From Thermoplasmata archaeon (GTDB taxonomy: Archaea; Thermoplasmatota; Thermoplasmata; Methanomassiliicoccales; Methanomethylophilaceae), in assembly GCA_015063165.1 (NCBI GenBank), contig SUSZ01000002.1, forward strand, positions 36,517-100,516: DNA of 64,000 nucleotides, written 5' to 3'. A program made the translations under genes and the position numbers. Positions 1 through 9,425 of the stretch are shown piece by piece. Positions within the stretch are counted from its first letter, which is position 1, and each line of letters opens with the position of its first letter. A model generated the notes under the pieces. That model saw only the letters and a program-made list of their open reading frames with translations. It was not told the origin of the DNA and did not search any database.

Positions 1-577
1 CCTCCATCATCGCCACCATCTCCTTCTGGGTGTAGTATCTGACGATGCATTCGTCCTCTCCGTACCTGTAATGCATCGTCTTGTCACCGTCGTCCCAGTA
101 CGTGTCGGCGCTTCTGTCCTGCGGATAGCGTCCGCGCATCTCGTCTATGTTCTCGACTTCGATGAGGAGCTGCCCTCCTTCCGCGAGGCAGTCGTGGAAC
201 CTCCTCAGGAGGGGGATGTTGTCGTCCTCGCCGTAGAATCCGAAGCTGTTGTGCCAGTTGAGTATCGCGTCTTGCCCTTCAGGAAGATCGGATGTCAGCA
301 TGTCCCCGACCATGAAAGCCGGATTGCCGGAGGCCGTCCCGCTTCTCGCCTTCTCTATGAAGCGTTCGTTCACGTCGATCCCGGTCATGATCGCCCCGCG
401 CTGTGCGAGCTGGTGGCACATCTCCCCTCTCCCGCAGGGGCAGTCGAGGATGCGGAGCCCTTCGACGCCGCCGAAATGCTCGACTATCGATTCGGTGTCG
501 GAAGCGTAGTCGATGATGCCGTCGAACCATTCCTCGTCCTCGGGGATGTCCGGCCTCTCTCCGATGTTGTAGCGCAT
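1..577 (-). CDS. class I SAM-dependent methyltransferase (C-terminus runs off the window edge)
   Basis: Reverse-strand reading from ATG at 575-577 gives MRYNIGERPDIPEDEEWFDGIIDY...GLRILDCPCGRGEMCHQLAQRGAIMTGIDVNERF... This contains an LDxxCGxG-type motif I followed by an acidic residue after beta-2. The frame stays open to position 1. The listed + ORFs here look like antisense shadows. Confidence 0.6.
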   Translation of the reverse strand, partial: MRYNIGERPDIPEDEEWFDGIIDYASDTESIVEHFGGVEGLRILDCPCGRGEMCHQLAQRGAIMTGIDVNERFIEKARSGTASGNPAFMVGDMLTSDLPEGQDAILNWHNSFGFYGEDDNIPLLRRFHDCLAEGGQLLIEVENIDEMRGRYPQDRSADTYWDDGDKTMHYRYGEDECIVRYYTQKEMVAMME

Positions 578-617
578 CTGAATCGAAAAGGAAAAGAGCC
601 CCCGGAGGGGCCCGGTT

Positions 618-1778
618 TCAAAGGTACCTGTTCTGCCTCATCCTCTCGAGGGCGATCTTTATGCGCTCGACAGGCTCGGTGACGGTCATCCTGATGTATC
701 CGTCCGCGGACTCGCCGAACCCGGATCCCGGGGTGACGATGACTCCGATGTCGATCATCTTCTGCGTGAATTCGGCGGAGGACATCTTGCAGTCGAACCA
801 GACGTAGAAGGTTCCCTTGGGCATCTTCACGTCGAATCCGAGCTCTCTGAGCCCGTCCACGAGGACCTTCCTCCTCTCGGCGTAGACGGCCATGTTGTCA
901 GCGATGACCTTGGGCAGCTTGCCGTCGTCCCCGTACAGCTCCAGCGCCTTGATGGCGGCCTTCTGGATGAAGATGGGGGCTCCGGAGTCGGTCTGTCCTT
1001 TGCACTTCTTCAGTCCGGCGACGAGGTCGGGGTGTCCCACCGCGTATCCGAGGCGGAATCCGGTCATGTTGAACGTCTTGGAGAACGAGCCGAACTCGAT
1101 GCAGTCGGGTCCTGCCTGGAGCGCGGAGGGCGCCTGGTACCCGTCGTAGCACATCTCGGAGTAGGCGTTGTCGTAGCACATGATGGTGCCGTTGAGCTGG
1201 CACCACTCGTACACCTTCTTCAGGTACGCGAGGTCGCAGGTGGCTCCGGTGGGGTTGTTCGGATAGTTCAGGTAGAGCATCCTCGCTCCCTCGGGGCACT
1301 CGTCCACGTCGAGGAGCCAGTCCTTTTCGGCCCTCAGGGGGACCTTCACGCATTTGGCCTCGTTGAAGACGGTGGCTGCTCCGGAGTACACGGGGTATCC
1401 GGGCGACGGCGCGACTATGGTCTCTCCTTCGTTGACGAAAGCCTGGGCGATGTTGAAGATGGCCTCCTTCGACCCTATGGTGATGCATACCTGGGTGTCG
1501 GGGTCTATGTCGAGCCCGTATCTCCTCTTGTACCATTTCGCCACTGCCACGCGGAGGTCCTTCTCCCCCGCGGACGAGGAGTACTTCTGGTTCTCGTTCA
1601 CGTACGCGGCTTCGCACATGGCGTCCACTATGCACTTGGGCGTGGTGAGGTCGGGGTCTCCGATCCCGAAGTCAATCATGTCCCATCCGGCCGCCCTCTT
1701 CTCGGCGGACAGCTTCTCCAGCCTCACGAAAAGGTAGGGTGGTATCTGTTTCAGCCTCTCGGCCTGTTCGAATCCCAT
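618..1778 (-). CDS. dapL: LL-diaminopimelate aminotransferase (DapL-type PLP aminotransferase)
   Basis: 386 aa. N-terminus IPPYLFVRLEKL...IDFGIGDPDLTTP, NPTG motif and PLP-lysine motif SFSKTFNMTGFRLGY. First gene of a dapF-lysA-lysC co-directional block. Confidence 0.8.
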   Translation of the reverse strand: MGFEQAERLKQIPPYLFVRLEKLSAEKRAAGWDMIDFGIGDPDLTTPKCIVDAMCEAAYVNENQKYSSSAGEKDLRVAVAKWYKRRYGLDIDPDTQVCITIGSKEAIFNIAQAFVNEGETIVAPSPGYPVYSGAATVFNEAKCVKVPLRAEKDWLLDVDECPEGARMLYLNYPNNPTGATCDLAYLKKVYEWCQLNGTIMCYDNAYSEMCYDGYQAPSALQAGPDCIEFGSFSKTFNMTGFRLGYAVGHPDLVAGLKKCKGQTDSGAPIFIQKAAIKALELYGDDGKLPKVIADNMAVYAERRKVLVDGLRELGFDVKMPKGTFYVWFDCKMSSAEFTQKMIDIGVIVTPGSGFGESADGYIRMTVTEPVERIKIALERMRQNRYL

Positions 1779-1790
1779 TTCAAATCTCCT

Positions 1791-2615
1791 TCAGATTGTT
1801 CCCTCGAACACCAGCTCGGCAGGTCCTTCCATGAGGACGTACCCCAGGTCCCTGTCGACAGTTATCTTGAGCCATCCGCCCGGCAGATGCACGTCCACCG
1901 GCTCTCCGAACGGGACGAATCCCTGGAGGGCCGCCGCCGTTGTGGTGGCGCAGGCTCCTGTGCCGCAGGCGAGGGTCCATGCGGCGCCTCTTTCGTAAAC
2001 TCTTATATCTATCTTGCCGTCGTCGATGCTGCAGAATTCGACATTGGTCTTGCGGGGGAAGAACGGATGCTTCTCCAGGATCGGTCCGAGCCTGTCCACG
2101 GTGGCGTCGTCCATGGGCGTGAACGTGATGAAGTGGGGGTTGCCCATGGACACCGCGCTGGCGGTGAACTTCACTCCGTCAGCCTCGAAAGGCTGTCCGA
2201 TGAACCTTCCGTCGTGGTCCACGGGAACGGTCCTCCCGTCGAGTATGGGCGCTCCCATGTCTATGCGGACGGTCTTGACCTTCCCGTTCTCGACCTTGAC
2301 ATCGGCCTTCAGGTCTCCGGCCAGGGTGTGGATCGAGAACGAATCCTTCTTCACGATGCCGAAGTCGTAGGCGTGCTTGGCGACGCATCTGATGCCGTTC
2401 CCGCACATCTCTGCCTCGCTGCCGTCCGCGTTGATGATCCTCATGGTGATGTCGGTGCTCTCGCCGGGCATCACGTACAGGACGCCGTCCGCTCCGACGC
2501 CGTAGTGGCGGTCGCAGACCTTCTTGCACCATCCCGCGTCGATCTCCAGGCTTCCGTCGGATCCGTCCAGCAGGACGAAGTCGTTGCCGATTCCCTGGTA
2601 TTTCCAGAACCTCAT
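1791..2615 (-). CDS. dapF: diaminopimelate epimerase
   Basis: True start MRFWKYQGIGNDFVLLDG at 2613-2615. The 392-aa track ORF is an upstream extension into lysA. Catalytic Cys motifs EMCGNGIRC and LACGTGACA are present. ATGA overlap with the lysA stop. Confidence 0.9.
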   Translation of the reverse strand: MRFWKYQGIGNDFVLLDGSDGSLEIDAGWCKKVCDRHYGVGADGVLYVMPGESTDITMRIINADGSEAEMCGNGIRCVAKHAYDFGIVKKDSFSIHTLAGDLKADVKVENGKVKTVRIDMGAPILDGRTVPVDHDGRFIGQPFEADGVKFTASAVSMGNPHFITFTPMDDATVDRLGPILEKHPFFPRKTNVEFCSIDDGKIDIRVYERGAAWTLACGTGACATTTAAALQGFVPFGEPVDVHLPGGWLKITVDRDLGYVLMEGPAELVFEGTI

Positions 2616-3871
2616 CTCATGAGCCTCTCGGGGATGATCTGGTGCCTCCACTGCTCCTCCACGGTCTCGGCCTCGCGGATGAGCTCCGCCTTTCCGTCGT
2701 TGACGAGCACCTCCCTGCATAGGGGCCTGGAGTTGTAGTTGCTGCTCATGGAGAATCCGTACGCTCCGGCGTTGTAGACGGCGACGATGTCCCCCTCGGC
2801 GGGGTCGGGCAGGACGCGGTCGTGGGCCAGGTAGTCTCCGGACTCGCAGATGGGGCCGACGACGTCGTACTTGCTGGTGCACGCCTTGCCGAACTTGTTG
2901 GCGAGGGCGACGTAATGGTACGAGTCGTACATGGCGGGCCTGATGAGCGTGTTGAATCCGGCGTCGCATCCGACATACTTCTTGGTGCCGGCGTCCTTGA
3001 TGTCGTTCACCCTGGTGAGCAGGACGGTGGTGTCGCAGACGATGTACCTTCCAGGCTCGAGGATGAGGGTCTTGACGTCGGTCTCCTCGGTGATCATGTC
3101 GGTGAGGTTCATGGCGAGCTCTCCGACCTCCATCTCGTCCTCCTGGGGCTTGTACGGGACGCCTATCCCGCCTCCCATGTCGATGAAGTCCAGGTCGATG
3201 CCGAGCTCGGAGATCTCGTTGACGAGGCCGATGAGGACCTCCATCATGTCCATGAAGGGCTCGACCGTCTGCCCTCCGGATCCGATGTGGGCGTGGATGC
3301 CCTTGATGTCGAATCCGAGGTCCTTTGCCCTGGCGTAGGTGTTGATGACCTCGTCCAGAGGGATCCCGAACTTGGCTCCCTTGTTGCCGGTGATGACCTT
3401 GGCGCCGTGCCCGGACCCGACTCCGGGGGTGATCCTGAACGATACGGGGTATCCGGGAGCGATCTCAGCCAGCCTCTCCATCTCGGAGATGGAGTCCAGG
3501 TTGATCATCACTCCGAGGTCGGAGACCTCCTTGAGCTCCTGGTTGCTGACGTTCACTCCGGTGTACATGATCCTGTCGGGGCTGTATCCGGCCTTGAGGC
3601 AGGTCTTCACCTCTCCGATGGAGACCGCGTCGATGCCGGAGCCTTCCTGCTCCAGGATCTTGAGGATGGCCAGGTTGGTGTTGGCCTTGCAGGCGTAGTG
3701 GATCCTGGTGTCCATGTATTTGGAGAACGCTCCGTAGATGTTGCGGTAGTTCTCCCTGAGCCTCTGCTCGTCCGTGACATAGACAGGGGTCCCGAACTCG
3801 TCGGCGATCTCCACGGCGGACTTGCCGCCGATCATCATGACGCCGTCCTTTCCTTCGAATTCGCGCATCAT
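2612..3871 (-). CDS. lysA: diaminopimelate decarboxylase
   Basis: 419 aa. TPVYVTDEQRLRENY...HYACKANTNLAILK (PLP lysine), HIGSG, ESGD motifs. Confidence 0.92.
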   Translation of the reverse strand: MMREFEGKDGVMMIGGKSAVEIADEFGTPVYVTDEQRLRENYRNIYGAFSKYMDTRIHYACKANTNLAILKILEQEGSGIDAVSIGEVKTCLKAGYSPDRIMYTGVNVSNQELKEVSDLGVMINLDSISEMERLAEIAPGYPVSFRITPGVGSGHGAKVITGNKGAKFGIPLDEVINTYARAKDLGFDIKGIHAHIGSGGQTVEPFMDMMEVLIGLVNEISELGIDLDFIDMGGGIGVPYKPQEDEMEVGELAMNLTDMITEETDVKTLILEPGRYIVCDTTVLLTRVNDIKDAGTKKYVGCDAGFNTLIRPAMYDSYHYVALANKFGKACTSKYDVVGPICESGDYLAHDRVLPDPAEGDIVAVYNAGAYGFSMSSNYNSRPLCREVLVNDGKAELIREAETVEEQWRHQIIPERLMR

Positions 3872-5223
3872 CTTCGCTCACCTATGTACTTCTTGTGCAG
3901 TATCTTGACGACGTCTATGACCTGTCCCATGGGGACCACGAAGTTCAGCGAGACCTCGGAGGCTCCTTCGGAGATCATCTCGACGTTGGCGTTGGCCTCC
4001 TTCACGGCGGAGAATACGTCTCCGGAGACCCCGCGCTTGCCCAGGAGGTTGTCCCCCACGGCGCAGATCAGGGCGACGTTGTTCTTCACGTCGATCCTCT
4101 CGATGTCGTAGCCCTCGATGCCGTTGAGCTGCTTGAGGGTGTTCTTGACGTCGTTGCTGCTCACGAGGAACGCGAAGGTCGAGAGCGATGTGGAGATGGA
4201 GTATATGATGGTGTCCGCCGCAGCGATCCTGTCGAGGATCTTGGAGACCATCGCGGGCCTGTACGCCATCTCGGCGGAGCTTATGGTGATGATGGACAGG
4301 TCGGTCTTCGCGGCTACGCTCCTGAGGAGGTCGTTCCTGGGCTTCCTGAGGTGGTGGATGAGGGTTCCGGGCTCCTCCGGCTTGAAGGAGTTCCTGACCT
4401 TGAGCGGGATGTGCTTCACCCTGACGGGCTCGATGGTTCTGGGGTGGAGGACTTTGGCTCCGAAGTAGGCGAGCTCTGCGGCCTCTCCGAAGTTCATCTC
4501 GTCGATCTTGATGGCGCCGGGGATTATCCTGGGGTCGGCGGACATGAATCCGTCCACATCGGTCCAGATCTCGAGCATGTCGGCGTTGACGGCGTTGGCC
4601 ACGACGGCCGCGGCGTAATCGGAGCCTCCTCTTCCGAATGTGAGGGGCTTGCCGTCGGAGTTCACTCCGTAGTATCCGGTGATGACCGGCAGGATTCCCA
4701 TGGAGAGCAGGGGTCTGACGTTCATTGTCATACCCGCCTCGCTCTTGACGAGGTTGGCGGAGCCGTTGAGAGGGTGTCCCTCGGCTACGATCCCTGCATC
4801 CTCGGACGTCAGGGCCTTCGCATCGATGCCTATGCCCTTGAGGACGTGGGTGAGCAGGAGGGTGGAGAAGCGCTCTCCCTGGGACAGCACGCCGTCCCTG
4901 TAGAACGGGTCCTCCCTGTCGGAGAGGACGGCCTTCTCGAAGACCTTCATCCTGGCGTTGAACTCGCTCATGAACGCGTCCATCGCCTCCCCCTCGAACA
5001 GCTGGGAAGCTGTCGAGAGGTGCTTGTTCACGAACTTCTCCTTCGCCTCCTCGATGTCCTGGGACGGGTTGTCCACGAGGGATACGAGGAAGTTGGTTAC
5101 TCCGGACATGGCCGAGGCGACGACGATCCTGTCGCCTTCCGTGCCCGCGATGATGCTGGCGACTCTCTTTAGAGCCTCTGGGGAACCGACGCTGGTGCCC
5201 CCGAATTTCAGTACTGTGATCAT
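3868..5223 (-). CDS. lysC: aspartate kinase
   Basis: 451 aa. MITVLKFGGTSVGS amino-acid kinase N-terminus, C-terminal ACT-like region. Stop overlaps the lysA start (ATGATGA). Confidence 0.92.
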   Translation of the reverse strand: MITVLKFGGTSVGSPEALKRVASIIAGTEGDRIVVASAMSGVTNFLVSLVDNPSQDIEEAKEKFVNKHLSTASQLFEGEAMDAFMSEFNARMKVFEKAVLSDREDPFYRDGVLSQGERFSTLLLTHVLKGIGIDAKALTSEDAGIVAEGHPLNGSANLVKSEAGMTMNVRPLLSMGILPVITGYYGVNSDGKPLTFGRGGSDYAAAVVANAVNADMLEIWTDVDGFMSADPRIIPGAIKIDEMNFGEAAELAYFGAKVLHPRTIEPVRVKHIPLKVRNSFKPEEPGTLIHHLRKPRNDLLRSVAAKTDLSIITISSAEMAYRPAMVSKILDRIAAADTIIYSISTSLSTFAFLVSSNDVKNTLKQLNGIEGYDIERIDVKNNVALICAVGDNLLGKRGVSGDVFSAVKEANANVEMISEGASEVSLNFVVPMGQVIDVVKILHKKYIGERR

Positions 5224-5332
5224 TTCATGACCTCTTTCGTGAATTTGATAATGAAAGCGTCCCCGCTATCGAGCAGTTACGACCGGAAGCCATAATCCTG
5301 AGAGGGGGACTTGTCGCGACTTCTTGCGCCTC

Positions 5333-6208
5333 TCAGATGCCCAGGTCCTTGAGCACAGGGTCGAGCACAGCCTTACCGGCCTCGGACAGAGGCGTCAGGG
5401 GCAGGCGGGGGGCTCCGGCTCCGAATCCCATGCGTCCCATCACGTACTTGATGGGTATGGGGTTGCTCTCGCAGAACAGAGCGGTGAACAGCGGCAGCAG
5501 GGTGTCATGGATGTGCATCGCGACGTCGAAGTTCCCGCCGCGGGCGTTTCCGACCATGTCCGAGACGAGCCCGGGGCAGCAGTTGGAAGCCACGGACACG
5601 ACCCCGTCCGCCCCTAGGCTTATCAGAGGCAGGGTTATGCTGTCGTCGCCGCTGAGGACATCGAATCCCTTAGGCCTCCTGGCCAGGATGGCCTGGATCT
5701 GCGCCATGTTCCCGCTGGCTTCCTTCACTCCGACGATCCCGGGGACCTCGGCCAGCCTCATGAGGGTGTCCACGCTTACGTTGCATCCGCTCCTGCTGGG
5801 GATGTTGTACACCACCAGGGGGCAGTCAACGCTCTCCGCTATGGTCTTGTAGTGGAGGTAGAGGCCTTCCTGGGTAGGCTTGACGTAATAGGGCGAGATG
5901 GAAAGCAGGCCGTCCGCGCCGAGGTCGGCGGCCTTCTTGCTCAGGGCTACCGCCTCGGAGGTGCAGTTGCTCCCGGCTCCTGCCAGGACCTTCGCCTTCT
6001 GGGCCTCGTCTATGACGATCTCCAGCACGTGGATGTGCTCCTCGTGGCTGAGTGTGGCGGATTCTCCGGTGGATCCGCATGGGACGAGAACGTTCACTCC
6101 GTTCTCCTCCTGGAAGCGCACCAGTCTCCTCAGCGCCTCCTCGTCTATAGCTCCGTTCCTGTCGAACGGCGTGACAATGGCTGTTCCGGTTCCTGCGAAC
6201 ATGTTCAT
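5333..6208 (-). CDS. dapA: 4-hydroxy-tetrahydrodipicolinate synthase
   Basis: 291 aa. TAIVTPFDRNGAIDEEALRRLV...VPCGSTGESATLSHEEH and YNIPSRSG motifs. Confidence 0.92.
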   Translation of the reverse strand: MNMFAGTGTAIVTPFDRNGAIDEEALRRLVRFQEENGVNVLVPCGSTGESATLSHEEHIHVLEIVIDEAQKAKVLAGAGSNCTSEAVALSKKAADLGADGLLSISPYYVKPTQEGLYLHYKTIAESVDCPLVVYNIPSRSGCNVSVDTLMRLAEVPGIVGVKEASGNMAQIQAILARRPKGFDVLSGDDSITLPLISLGADGVVSVASNCCPGLVSDMVGNARGGNFDVAMHIHDTLLPLFTALFCESNPIPIKYVMGRMGFGAGAPRLPLTPLSEAGKAVLDPVLKDLGI

Positions 6209-6627
6209 GCCTCTCCGTAATGCTCCTTCAAAATCAGACGCGTGCGGGTGCTCAGAATGTTGTCGTAGCGTCTGACGCGCTCTATGATCTCGTTAAGATG
6301 CTGGGACGACTCCACATCGATGATGGCTATGATGTCCTGGTCCCCGGTTACCTCGAAGACCTCGGTGACGCCGTCGTATCCCGCCAGCTCTCTGGCGATC
6401 TGCTGGGTGTCGGTGTTGACGTCAATGCGTATCTCGACCAGAGCCTTGACGTTCTTGGAGCTCGTCTTGATCGTGAAGCCGCGTATTACGCCGTCCTCGG
6501 TCATCCTGTGGACTCTGCTGCGCACAGTTCCCTCGGAGACTCCTAGCTGGTTCGCGATCTCGACGAAAGGACATCTGGAGTCCTTCTTCATGATCTCTAT
6601 GATCTTCTTGTCAAGGTTGTCTATCAT
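6205..6627 (-). CDS. Lrp/AsnC family transcriptional regulator
   Basis: 140 aa. N-terminal HTH (LDKKIIEIMKKDSRCPFVEIANQLGVSEGTVRSRVHRM) plus a C-terminal RAM-like domain. ATGA overlap with the dapA start. Confidence 0.85.
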   Translation of the reverse strand: MIDNLDKKIIEIMKKDSRCPFVEIANQLGVSEGTVRSRVHRMTEDGVIRGFTIKTSSKNVKALVEIRIDVNTDTQQIARELAGYDGVTEVFEVTGDQDIIAIIDVESSQHLNEIIERVRRYDNILSTRTRLILKEHYGEA

Positions 6628-6674
6628 GGGCCCCGCATCCTGCTTACAATGCCTGCCGCCTGTAATCCATTTAG

Positions 6675-6684
6675 TTATATAAAA
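6675..6684 (-). promoter_or_regulatory. candidate archaeal TATA box for the Lrp-dapA transcript
   Basis: The reverse strand reads TTTTATATAA about 50 nt upstream of the Lrp ATG (6627), inside an otherwise GC-rich spacer. Confidence 0.35.
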
Positions 6685-6781
6685 TATGGTAAATCGTCAT
6701 CCGAACAAGCGAATCCGTACCTTAGACTATGGAAAAATGGGTAAGAGGTTTGTAATTCTGCGGAATCCGCAGATTGAGGGT

Positions 6782-8374
6782 TCAGTCGAAGTTGTCGTCG
6801 GGTCTCTTCTTTCCGTCGCAGGGCTGCTTGAGCGTGATCTCCATTTTGTTGTACGGGATCTCCACTCCGTTCTCCTTGAACAGCTCGAATATGCGCTCCC
6901 TGATCTCTCCGGCGTAGGTTCCGCTGCTGTCGAAATCGTCGACATATGCTCCGAGCCTGATCTCTATGCCGGAGTCCAGGAAGTTGGTGAGCCTGGTGGA
7001 AGGAGGGGACCTCCTCTCGTTGGTGATGACGTGAGGGTGCTCGTTGGCGGCCTGGACCATGAGCTTCTTCGCGAGGGCGAGGTCCGCCTCGTAGGCTATG
7101 CTCATGTAGACGAAGACCCTGATCTCCTTGCTCTCCTTCGTCACGTTGACTATGGTGGCTGCGGTGAGGCTGTTGTTGGGCATGGTGACGATCTGGTCGG
7201 CGTCCCAGGTGTACAGCTCGGTGAACATCAGCTTGACCTTCTTCACGATGTAGACCTTGTCGTTTATCTTGATGAAGTCGCCCTTCTTGAACGGCCTCGT
7301 GGCGAGCAGGACGATACCGCTGAAGAACTGCCCCAGAACGTTCTGGGCTCCCATGGTGATTCCCAGGGTGACCACTCCGGCGCTCATGAGTATTCCTGCA
7401 AGGTCCACTCCGAACGATGCGAGGATGATGGTCACCGCCACGATCGCGATGACGATCTGTCCGAACATCTTGAAAAGCGGCTGAAGGGAGGAATCCAGGC
7501 CTTCGATTTCGATATCGTCCACTCCCTTGAACAGGACGTTCAGGATGAACACGAATATGCGCCAAGCCAGCAGGGCCCCCACACAGACGTACACGAAAGT
7601 CGATATTGCGTCAATGTAGTGGCATATGGTCGGGCTGGCGCCGATGATCTGAGCGCACAGTCCCAGCGAGTACATGAACATCAGGACGCTCATTATCCTG
7701 GTGACCGACTTCTTCAGCTGCATCTTCTCCAGCTTGGTCACGCCGCTCTTGATGCGGTTGGTGAGGAGCGGTATGATGAGGTAGCAGAGGACGAAGTTGA
7801 GCACGAGCAGGACCACCATCGTGACCAGCGAGGCGAACCAGGGCTCTCCCATGAACCCGTCCAGCGTGTTGAAGAACATTCCGAAGAACTTGTTGTACAG
7901 GTCGTCCGAGTTGTATGCGGATTCGATCGCGAGCTCGAATGTTATGGTGGCTTCGAAGTCCCCTGTTCCGCTGAGGCTGTTCACATCGATCCTCAGAGGC
8001 AGCTCGTAGCTTCCCGTCTTCGCATACTCCTTGGCCTCTATGGTGAGGGCCGTGGTCCAGGTCTTTTCCGGATCCAGGCTGGTGTCCGTGGCCTTGGGCG
8101 ACAGGCTCGCCACATTGGAGATGGAAGAGCCGTGGATGAACACCGTGACGACTTCGAAGGACTTGTTGTGAATGTAGATGTTCAGCGTCTTGCTGGAGTT
8201 GCTGGACATCGATATTACGGGCGTGACCGTGGATTCAGGGTATTCGAAATCATCCAGCCCCGGGATGCTTATGGTGATCTCGTCTTCCGCGACTCCGTCC
8301 GATACGGTTGCGGGAACCACAGCCATCGCTAGGATGACTAGAAGAACGAGTCCCGTTGCCGTTTTAACGTTCAT
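6782..8374 (-). CDS. MscS-family mechanosensitive channel with large extracytoplasmic N-terminal domain
   Basis: Start chosen at MNVKTATGLVLLVILAMAVV (signal-like). The 617-aa track ORF extends further into the divergent neighbour. C-terminal half has MscS hallmarks (TM3 ...GVVTLGITMGAQNVLGQFFSGIVLLATRPFKKGDFIKI... plus a beta-domain). Confidence 0.8.
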   Translation of the reverse strand: MNVKTATGLVLLVILAMAVVPATVSDGVAEDEITISIPGLDDFEYPESTVTPVISMSSNSSKTLNIYIHNKSFEVVTVFIHGSSISNVASLSPKATDTSLDPEKTWTTALTIEAKEYAKTGSYELPLRIDVNSLSGTGDFEATITFELAIESAYNSDDLYNKFFGMFFNTLDGFMGEPWFASLVTMVVLLVLNFVLCYLIIPLLTNRIKSGVTKLEKMQLKKSVTRIMSVLMFMYSLGLCAQIIGASPTICHYIDAISTFVYVCVGALLAWRIFVFILNVLFKGVDDIEIEGLDSSLQPLFKMFGQIVIAIVAVTIILASFGVDLAGILMSAGVVTLGITMGAQNVLGQFFSGIVLLATRPFKKGDFIKINDKVYIVKKVKLMFTELYTWDADQIVTMPNNSLTAATIVNVTKESKEIRVFVYMSIAYEADLALAKKLMVQAANEHPHVITNERRSPPSTRLTNFLDSGIEIRLGAYVDDFDSSGTYAGEIRERIFELFKENGVEIPYNKMEITLKQPCDGKKRPDDNFD

Positions 8375-8411
8375 GCACACAGTATATTGCGGATATATAT
8401 CAAAATGATTA

Positions 8412-9269
8412 ATGGAAGCGCCGATGGTTCGGGTATTTGTCCTTGCAGCGGTCTGTATGTGCGCGGTTGCGGCGACCATGGTATTCGCCGCCATCTCGGA
8501 CGTCAGGTCCAGGGAGGTCGATGACATCCATTGGAAGGCCGTGATAGCCGTAGGGATCCCCTGCTCTGCAGCGGCGGCGATGGAAGAGTCCACTGCGCTT
8601 CCAGCGGTCCTGATGGCCCTGTCGTCCGTGTTCATGGCTCTTCACGTGCTCACCGACGCGTTGCCGTGGCCGGCATCTCTGATTGTTTCGGGTGCCTTCG
8701 CCGTGCTGTCCTACTGTTCGGCAGAGGGGATCCAAGGCCGCTGGACGCTTCTTGCGCCGTTCGTCTCGTCCTTAATGTTCTTGTTCATGTACCGTTTCCG
8801 CGTCTTGGCGGGCGGGGCGGACGCCAAGGCCCTGATAGCTCTGGCCATGGTCCCCCAGTATCCGTCCATCCCTGGGATCCCGGCGGTCTGGCAGGTCGGG
8901 TGGCCCCTTTCCGCCGTTCCGCTGTCGGTGTCCGTGCTGGTCATGGCGGTGATGCTGTCGCTGGTGCCGATGCTGCTGCTCGGGATTCGCAACGCCCTCG
9001 AAGGAAGCTACGGGCCGAGGATGTTCACCGAATACAGGATGCCGCTGGATGACGTCAGGGGATCCTTCGTGTGGCTGGCTGAGGACATGGAGGACGGCGA
9101 GGTCGTCCGTCGCAGGGTGATGGACGACGTGGACAATTCGCTCTCCAAACTGGACGATGCCGGAATTACCGACGTGGCGGTCACGCCGATGGTGCCGTTC
9201 GTGCTGTACATAGCCGCAGGGCTGCTCGTGGTGCTCCTGTTAGGTAACCCGCTGTTCGCGGTTTTGTAA
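8412..9269 (+). CDS. A24-family aspartic peptidase (archaeal prepilin/preflagellin peptidase, FlaK/PibD-like)
   Basis: 285 aa polytopic membrane protein. Both catalytic Asp motifs are present (AISDVRSREV and LAGGADAKAL, GxGD type). Confidence 0.75.
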   Translation: MEAPMVRVFVLAAVCMCAVAATMVFAAISDVRSREVDDIHWKAVIAVGIPCSAAAAMEESTALPAVLMALSSVFMALHVLTDALPWPASLIVSGAFAVLSYCSAEGIQGRWTLLAPFVSSLMFLFMYRFRVLAGGADAKALIALAMVPQYPSIPGIPAVWQVGWPLSAVPLSVSVLVMAVMLSLVPMLLLGIRNALEGSYGPRMFTEYRMPLDDVRGSFVWLAEDMEDGEVVRRRVMDDVDNSLSKLDDAGITDVAVTPMVPFVLYIAAGLLVVLLLGNPLFAVL

Positions 9270-9425
9270 AAGTAGGGCCGGGGTACGGACGGCTTCCGGA
9301 TCATGTCCGAGCCCGTCCCTTGGATACCAGTATTCGATATTCAATATAAAATTGTATTGGATGTATTTGCCATATCCTGGATTGAAGCAGTATATAACTA
9401 ATCGAGCTGCTGGACGATACGAAGA

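Noticed and set aside
5224-5332. Possible lysine riboswitch upstream of lysC
   Set aside because: The reverse strand begins GAGGCGC, as in the L-box P1, and contains a GUCCCC...GGGGAC stem. However, the spacer is only 109 nt and I cannot find the other conserved L-box helices or junction motifs. Lysine riboswitches are also not established in Archaea. An Rfam RF00168 scan would settle it.
9270-9425. Small ORFs (9301-9648, 9352-9543) in the spacer after the A24 peptidase gene
   Set aside because: They overlap the radical-SAM gene's 3' end, are out of phase and have skewed composition. The AT-rich stretch is more likely a shared convergent terminator region.
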